Origin: Desulfosoma sp.
Lineage (GTDB): Bacteria; Desulfobacterota; Syntrophobacteria; Syntrophobacterales; DSM-9756
Length of the DNA stretch: 64,000 nt
Assembly (NCBI GenBank): GCA_037481835.1
Contig: JBBFKW010000009.1
Location: forward strand, 1-64,000
Direction: 5' to 3'
Shown: piece after piece, positions 59,439 through 64,000 of the stretch
How positions within the stretch are numbered: the stretch's first letter is position 1
How the letters are laid out: each line of letters opens with the position of its first letter
Translations under genes and position numbers: made by a program
The notes under the pieces: model-generated
What the model was told of the DNA's origin: nothing
What the model saw: the letters and a program-made list of their open reading frames with translations, nothing else
Database searches by the model: none

Positions 59439-60453
59439 GGACGCACGGGTGAAGGTGGAAACGGAATCTCTCGCGGTGATGCACGCCGATCGGCTGGATC
59501 CGTTGTGGGGTCTGTGGCACGACCGCCGGGATGTGTTTCGGCGGGCGCCTCTTTTCGTCACGCCGCCGTGGCTCGGCGCCTGGAAAGAAACCCTCGGCCG
59601 GGACGCCGCGCTCAGCGTGCTCATCGCATCAGCCCACGATGCCATCATGGGAGTCCTCCCCCTCATGCGGCAAGGACGCCTCGGCGTTTTCGCCGGAGAT
59701 CCCCAGGTGTGCGACTATTTCGATGCAGTAATGGTTCCCGGCGGCGAAGACGCCGCCTGGCGGGCGTTTTTGCGGGAAGCCCGCCGCTCGGGGCTGGAGG
59801 CCTTGGACCTTTTTCCCGTTCGACCCGATTCCGCCGTCTTGACCCATGGCGTGCCGCTGTGCGAGGCTCTGGGCGTTCCCGTTTCCGTGGAACGTTGCGA
59901 TGTCACGGTGGAAATGCCCCTTGCGGGATCGTGGGAGGCGTATCTTTCGGGCCTTTCGGGAAAACAGCGCCACGAAGTGCGCCGAAAGATGCGCCGTTTG
60001 GAAGAAGCGGGCGCGGTTCGGTTCAGGGCTGTGAGCGATGCCGCCGAAACCGACGGGGCTCTGGAAGTTTTTTTCCGCCTGTTTCAAAGCAACCGGGAAG
60101 ACAAGGCCCGTTTTCTCACCCCCGCCGTGAAGGCCTACATGGAAACCCTGTGCCGGGCCATGAGCCGCGAGGGAATGATGCGCCTGTGCTTTCTCGATGT
60201 GAACGGAACGCCGGCGGCGTCCGCCCTTTGTTTTGATGACGGCGAAACGGTTTCCCTTTATAACAACGGCTACGACGCCTCATTGGCTTCCGTGAGCGTC
60301 GGGCTTGTGAACACCATCCACACCATCAAGGACGCCGTGGAACGGGGTCGCCGCCGCTACGAGTTTTTGCGGGGAGACGAAATTTACAAGTTCCGGCTGG
60401 GAGGTCGTGAAGTTCCCTTGTATCGCGTGCGGATCGCTCTCGAGGCCGGCTGA
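59431..60453 (+). CDS. GNAT/Fem-like acyltransferase (CelD/BcsL, Acetyltransf_6 type)
   Basis: F.TPPW, CDYFD, WEAYL..LS.KQR.E.RRK.RRL, YNNGYD, EFLRGDE.YK.RLG. Confidence 0.8.
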   Translation: MSEDARVKVETESLAVMHADRLDPLWGLWHDRRDVFRRAPLFVTPPWLGAWKETLGRDAALSVLIASAHDAIMGVLPLMRQGRLGVFAGDPQVCDYFDAVMVPGGEDAAWRAFLREARRSGLEALDLFPVRPDSAVLTHGVPLCEALGVPVSVERCDVTVEMPLAGSWEAYLSGLSGKQRHEVRRKMRRLEEAGAVRFRAVSDAAETDGALEVFFRLFQSNREDKARFLTPAVKAYMETLCRAMSREGMMRLCFLDVNGTPAASALCFDDGETVSLYNNGYDASLASVSVGLVNTIHTIKDAVERGRRRYEFLRGDEIYKFRLGGREVPLYRVRIALEAG

Positions 60454-60464
60454 GGCGCCGGCCC

Positions 60465-61853
60465 ATGGATGGAAAATTCATGCGCGAATCGCCCTTTTTT
60501 TTGGACGAGGCCGTAAACCCCGGGAAAACGGCGCCTCGGCTGCGCATCGCCGTGCTCTGCGCCCATTCCCACCCTTTGGGCCCCCTGGGACGGCGGGATA
60601 CGGGCGGCATGAGCGTCTACATCCGGGAAATGTCGCGGGCCGTGGCCGCCCGAGGACACCGGGTGGATCTCTTCGTGGGCGAGCCCCCTCGGGGGCTGGG
60701 TTCCCAAGGGTCTGAATACACCAAACAGGAACTCGAAGACCACCTCGGGCCCAACGTGCACTGGGTGTCTGTCCCTTGCGAAACCGCAGCGCCTCGCGAC
60801 CCGCTTGAACAGGTGAAGACGGCCGAGGCATTCCGGCGAGCTGTCCTTGGCGCGTGCCGGGGAAGGCGCCCTTTCGACCTCGTTTTCAGTCACTACTGGC
60901 TTTCGGGCCTTGCCGGCCTTTACACCGCCCAGGCCCTTGGGGCGCCGCACGTGGTCATGTTCCATACGCTCGCTCAGTCCAAAACGGAGGCTCTGGGCCG
61001 TTCCGTGGACGCCCCGTGCCGTCTCTGTGCGGAAAGGCTCGTGGCCGCTCGAAGCCATGGGGTCGTGGCGGCCACGGAACGGGAAAAGGACGTCCTGGAA
61101 ACGCACTACGGGGTGCATGCGGAACGCGTCGCGGTGGTGCCTTGCGGCGTCGATATGCATGTGTTCCGTCCCGGGGACGGCTTCGGTGCCCGCAAGCGCT
61201 TGGGACTGCCCCTGGATGCGGCGGTCTTCCTCTTCGTCGGCCGTCTCGATCCCGTGAAAGGGTTGGATCGGCTCTTGGACGCCTTTTCCCGCCTGCCCCG
61301 ATCCGTCCCCGCCCGGCTGGTGGTTGTGGGGGGAGACGCCTCGGAAGAGGAACGGCTCAAAGAATTTCGGGACCTGGCAGAAACGCTGGGCGTCTCGAAG
61401 CAGGTCATTTTCTCCGGGCGCATCGACCATTGCCGCCTTCCGGACTTCTATGCCGCCGCCGACGCGCTCGTCGTGGCCTCCCACTACGAAAGCTTCGGCC
61501 TCGTCGCTTTGGAAGCCTTGGCGTCGGGACGGCCCGTCATCGGCCCTCCCGTGGGCGTGCTCCCCGAAGTGCTCTCGTCACCGGTCTGCGGCGTTCTTCT
61601 GGAGGACAACTCGGCACAGCACCTCCTGGGCGGCATGACGATCCTTCTGGAGCGGAAGGGACGGCAGCGGAACGGCGAGGCGGCGCTTCGCCGTAGGATC
61701 GCCCGCCGCTACAGCTGGGATCGGGTCGCCCACGATCTGGAACGATGCTTTCATCGAGTCTTGGAAACATCAACGTGGCATGAAACACGAAGGACTTCTT
61801 CCCATGGATTCGGTCGATGCTCTGATTATCGCTGCGCATCCGGACGACCCTGA
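60465..61853 (+). CDS. GT4 glycosyltransferase, MshA-like
   Basis: H.HPL..LG..DTGGMSVY, SHYWLSG, FHTLA..K, VVPCGVD, VGRLDPVKG, SHYESFGLVALEA. Confidence 0.85.
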   Translation: MDGKFMRESPFFLDEAVNPGKTAPRLRIAVLCAHSHPLGPLGRRDTGGMSVYIREMSRAVAARGHRVDLFVGEPPRGLGSQGSEYTKQELEDHLGPNVHWVSVPCETAAPRDPLEQVKTAEAFRRAVLGACRGRRPFDLVFSHYWLSGLAGLYTAQALGAPHVVMFHTLAQSKTEALGRSVDAPCRLCAERLVAARSHGVVAATEREKDVLETHYGVHAERVAVVPCGVDMHVFRPGDGFGARKRLGLPLDAAVFLFVGRLDPVKGLDRLLDAFSRLPRSVPARLVVVGGDASEEERLKEFRDLAETLGVSKQVIFSGRIDHCRLPDFYAAADALVVASHYESFGLVALEALASGRPVIGPPVGVLPEVLSSPVCGVLLEDNSAQHLLGGMTILLERKGRQRNGEAALRRRIARRYSWDRVAHDLERCFHRVLETSTWHETRRTSSHGFGRCSDYRCASGRP

Positions 61854-62496
61854 ATTCGGCGCTGCAGGCACCGTGGCCGCATGGACTCGGGAAGGTCGAA
61901 GCGTCGCCTACGTCATCTGCACGGACGGAGAAAAGGGAACCAACGACCGTCGTGTGGATCCCAAGGATTTGGCCCGGATCCGCCAAGAGGAACAACGGGC
62001 CGCCGCCGCCGTGCTGGGCGTCCGGGATGTGGTCTTCCTGCATTACCCCGATCAGGGATTGGAAGAGACGCCCGAATTTCGAAAAGAGATCGTGCGCTGG
62101 ATTCGGCGGTACCGACCCCGGATTGTTTTGTCCTCGGACCCGTATCGGCGCTATCTGTGGCACCGCGACCACCGCATCGTGGGGCAGGTCGTCATGGACG
62201 CCCTGTTTCCTTACGCCCGGGACCACCTGGCCTACCCCGACCTCCTGGCGGAAGGGCTGGAACCTCACAAGGTGAAGGAAGTGTGGTTTTGGGCGGCGGA
62301 AGACATCAATCACCGGGTGGACATTTCCGAGACCTTCGATGTGAAGATCGCGGCCCTCCAGTGCCACGCCAGCCAGTGGGACGCTCATCCCGCGCGGGAC
62401 ATCCGCGCGTGGGTGGAAGAGCGGTTCCGGAAAATGGCCGAAGGGACGCCTTACACCTACGCCGAAGGATTCCACCGCGTTCTGCTCCCCGATTGA
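61780..62496 (+). CDS. PIG-L/LmbE N-acetylglucosaminyl deacetylase (MshB/BshB-like)
   Basis: AHPDD, TDGEKG, R..E, HRDH, HASQ, AEGF; start may be 61804. Confidence 0.9.
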   Translation: MKHEGLLPMDSVDALIIAAHPDDPEFGAAGTVAAWTREGRSVAYVICTDGEKGTNDRRVDPKDLARIRQEEQRAAAAVLGVRDVVFLHYPDQGLEETPEFRKEIVRWIRRYRPRIVLSSDPYRRYLWHRDHRIVGQVVMDALFPYARDHLAYPDLLAEGLEPHKVKEVWFWAAEDINHRVDISETFDVKIAALQCHASQWDAHPARDIRAWVEERFRKMAEGTPYTYAEGFHRVLLPD

Positions 62497-62625
62497 CCCG
62501 CAGAAGCCGAAGCCGCATCCGCGCCGCGACAGGGGGGAAGCGTGTCGTTTCGACCCCTTGGGACGTTGTGCGGGTTGATAGGGGTTTTGGGCAAGCGGGG
62601 ATTGTTGATGGGGGACAGGTTTGTT

Positions 62626-62670
62626 CCCGAGGCTGCGCTTCGGGCGCGAGTGTTGCGCCCCTCCGGGGCT
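62626..62670 (+). repeat. REP-like palindromic repeat
   Basis: CCCGAGGCTGCGCTTCGGGC-N-GCGCCCCTCCGGGGCT. Confidence 0.55.
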
Positions 62671-62768
62671 TTTGGGGGCAGATTGGAATGTCGGGGACCG
62701 GTTTGGCCCTGGCGGGGGCTTGGGGGGGCGCCCGTCGGAAGCGGGGCACACCAACACCCTTTCCCCCT

Positions 62769-63431
62769 TTAGGGGGAGAGGGCAGGGTGAGGGGGCGTCC
62801 ACGTGACATCCCCGCAAAGGCCTTCCGGATAGCCTCGACCCACAAACGCCTCATAAGCCGCCCTCTCGTAACCGACGTTGGTGGGCGGCCCATGGCCGGG
62901 AAAGACCAAGACGGCGTCCGGCAACGCAAAGATCTTTTCGGCAAGGGATTGGAGAATCCGCCGGAAGGCTCCAGGCGTTTCCGTGCGGCCAGGACCGTTG
63001 GGGAAAAGCGTGTCCCCGGAAAAGAGGACGCTCCCGAAAAGAAGGCACACGCTTCCCGGCGTGTGCCCGGGGGTGTGCAGGACCCGGAGGCTGAGCGCCC
63101 CTAGGGGAACATCCCGGCCGTCTTCCAGAAAGTCATCGGGCGGCACGGGAAGACGCGGCGCATCCAGGGCATGGGCGAGCACGGGAACGGGTTTTTTTTC
63201 CAGGAAAGCCCGGAGCCCTGCGGTATGGTCTCCATGGCCGTGGGTAAGGACGACCCCTTGGGGCGGCACATCGAACCGAACCCGGGCGACGCCTTCGGGA
63301 GCGTCAATCAAAAGGGCCCGCTGGGTCGCGCGGCACACCACCTGATAGGCATTCACGCCGTAGGGGCCGAGGGTGTATCGAACCACCGCGGCATCCCCCA
63401 AGGACAACACCACCCCGTCTTTCAAAACCAT
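62769..63431 (-). CDS. MBL-fold metallo-hydrolase (glyoxalase II/YcbL-like)
   Basis: THGHGDH, HTPGHTPGS, FSGDTLF, PGHG. Confidence 0.9.
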   Translation of the reverse strand: MVLKDGVVLSLGDAAVVRYTLGPYGVNAYQVVCRATQRALLIDAPEGVARVRFDVPPQGVVLTHGHGDHTAGLRAFLEKKPVPVLAHALDAPRLPVPPDDFLEDGRDVPLGALSLRVLHTPGHTPGSVCLLFGSVLFSGDTLFPNGPGRTETPGAFRRILQSLAEKIFALPDAVLVFPGHGPPTNVGYERAAYEAFVGRGYPEGLCGDVTWTPPHPALSP

Positions 63432-63489
63432 GGCGCCCCTCTCTGTTATTGGGCAAGAGCCCGCATAGGATCGTGACCCCATCACCCCC

Positions 63490-64000
63490 TCAAGCCGTTT
63501 CGGGCAACAAGGGCAGGCCCTCCAACGGGGGCATCAGATCCGCGAGGATCTTTTCCACAGCGTCCGCGATCTCGTTCCGGGCATGGAAAGACACCGTCCC
63601 CGTCTTCCGCACCTTGACCTCGTAAGTCCCCTGTTTCAATCCCCGCTGGCTCACCACCACCCGCACGGGAATGCCCAGAAGGTCGGCGTCCTTGAGCTTC
63701 ACGCCGGGGGATTCGTCACGGTCGTCATAGAGTACGTCCCATCGTGCTCGAAATTCTTGGTACAGGCTTTCCGCCGCCGCATCCACTTCGGGGCTCTTGC
63801 CCAGTGTCGTGAGGATCACCTCAAACGGGGCGATGGTCACCGGCCAGATGATGCCCGCATCGTCGTGCCATTGTTCCACCGCCGAGGCCATGAGCCGTTC
63901 CACGCCGATGCCGTAGCAGCCCATGACCAGTCGGTGGTTGTCGCCGTCGGAGCCAAGGTAGGTCACATCCATGGTGTCGGGCGCCGTGTACTTCGTCCCC
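63490..64000 (-). CDS. proS: Prolyl-tRNA synthetase, 3' part (gene starts beyond the window)
   Basis: [14 protein letters not shown] (motif 3), [26 protein letters not shown]. Confidence 0.93.
   Translation of the reverse strand, partial: GTKYTAPDTMDVTYLGSDGDNHRLVMGCYGIGVERLMASAVEQWHDDAGIIWPVTIAPFEVILTTLGKSPEVDAAAESLYQEFRARWDVLYDDRDESPGVKLKDADLLGIPVRVVVSQRGLKQGTYEVKVRKTGTVSFHARNEIADAVEKILADLMPPLEGLPLLPETA

Noticed and set aside
1..64000. CRISPR arrays, tRNA/rRNA genes, transposases or integrases
   Set aside because: No regularly spaced direct repeats, RNA-gene signatures or recombinase motifs recognised by eye.

Overview
GC-rich bacterial chromosome segment. Gene content suggests an anaerobic Desulfobacterota/Syntrophobacteria-like organism (inference). 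1-30.9 kb is an all-minus-strand metal/tetrapyrrole uptake region. It holds four TonB-dependent receptors, TonB-ExbBD, two FecCD/Btu-type ABC importers and an ECF importer. It also holds a complete class I chelatase (CobN/BchH + ChlD + ChlI), two FmdE-family proteins, CooT and DUF3842. A canonical cobalamin riboswitch heads the btuBFCD module. Four other transcription units are each preceded by a copy of a shared terminator-like hairpin (GGCCRYGAAGGC...TCRYGGC-T-tract) showing compensatory changes, which I cannot assign to a known family. The rest of the window has panE-panB, an ECF sigma/anti-sigma unit running into a ferredoxin + aldehyde:ferredoxin oxidoreductase, a thioesterase, a patatin, a tandem pair of family III CoA-transferases, a lactate catabolism cluster and a family I CoA-transferase. 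At 57.3-62.5 kb is a mycothiol-like gene set: HAD phosphatase, MshA-like glycosyltransferase, PIG-L deacetylase and GNAT. In place of MshC it has a peptidase S51 domain fused to a CysRS anticodon-binding domain. The window ends in the 3' part of proS. No CRISPR, rRNA, tRNA or transposase was recognised. Family calls are from motif recognition only, with no database searches; starts were adjusted by eye using RBS and overlap evidence.
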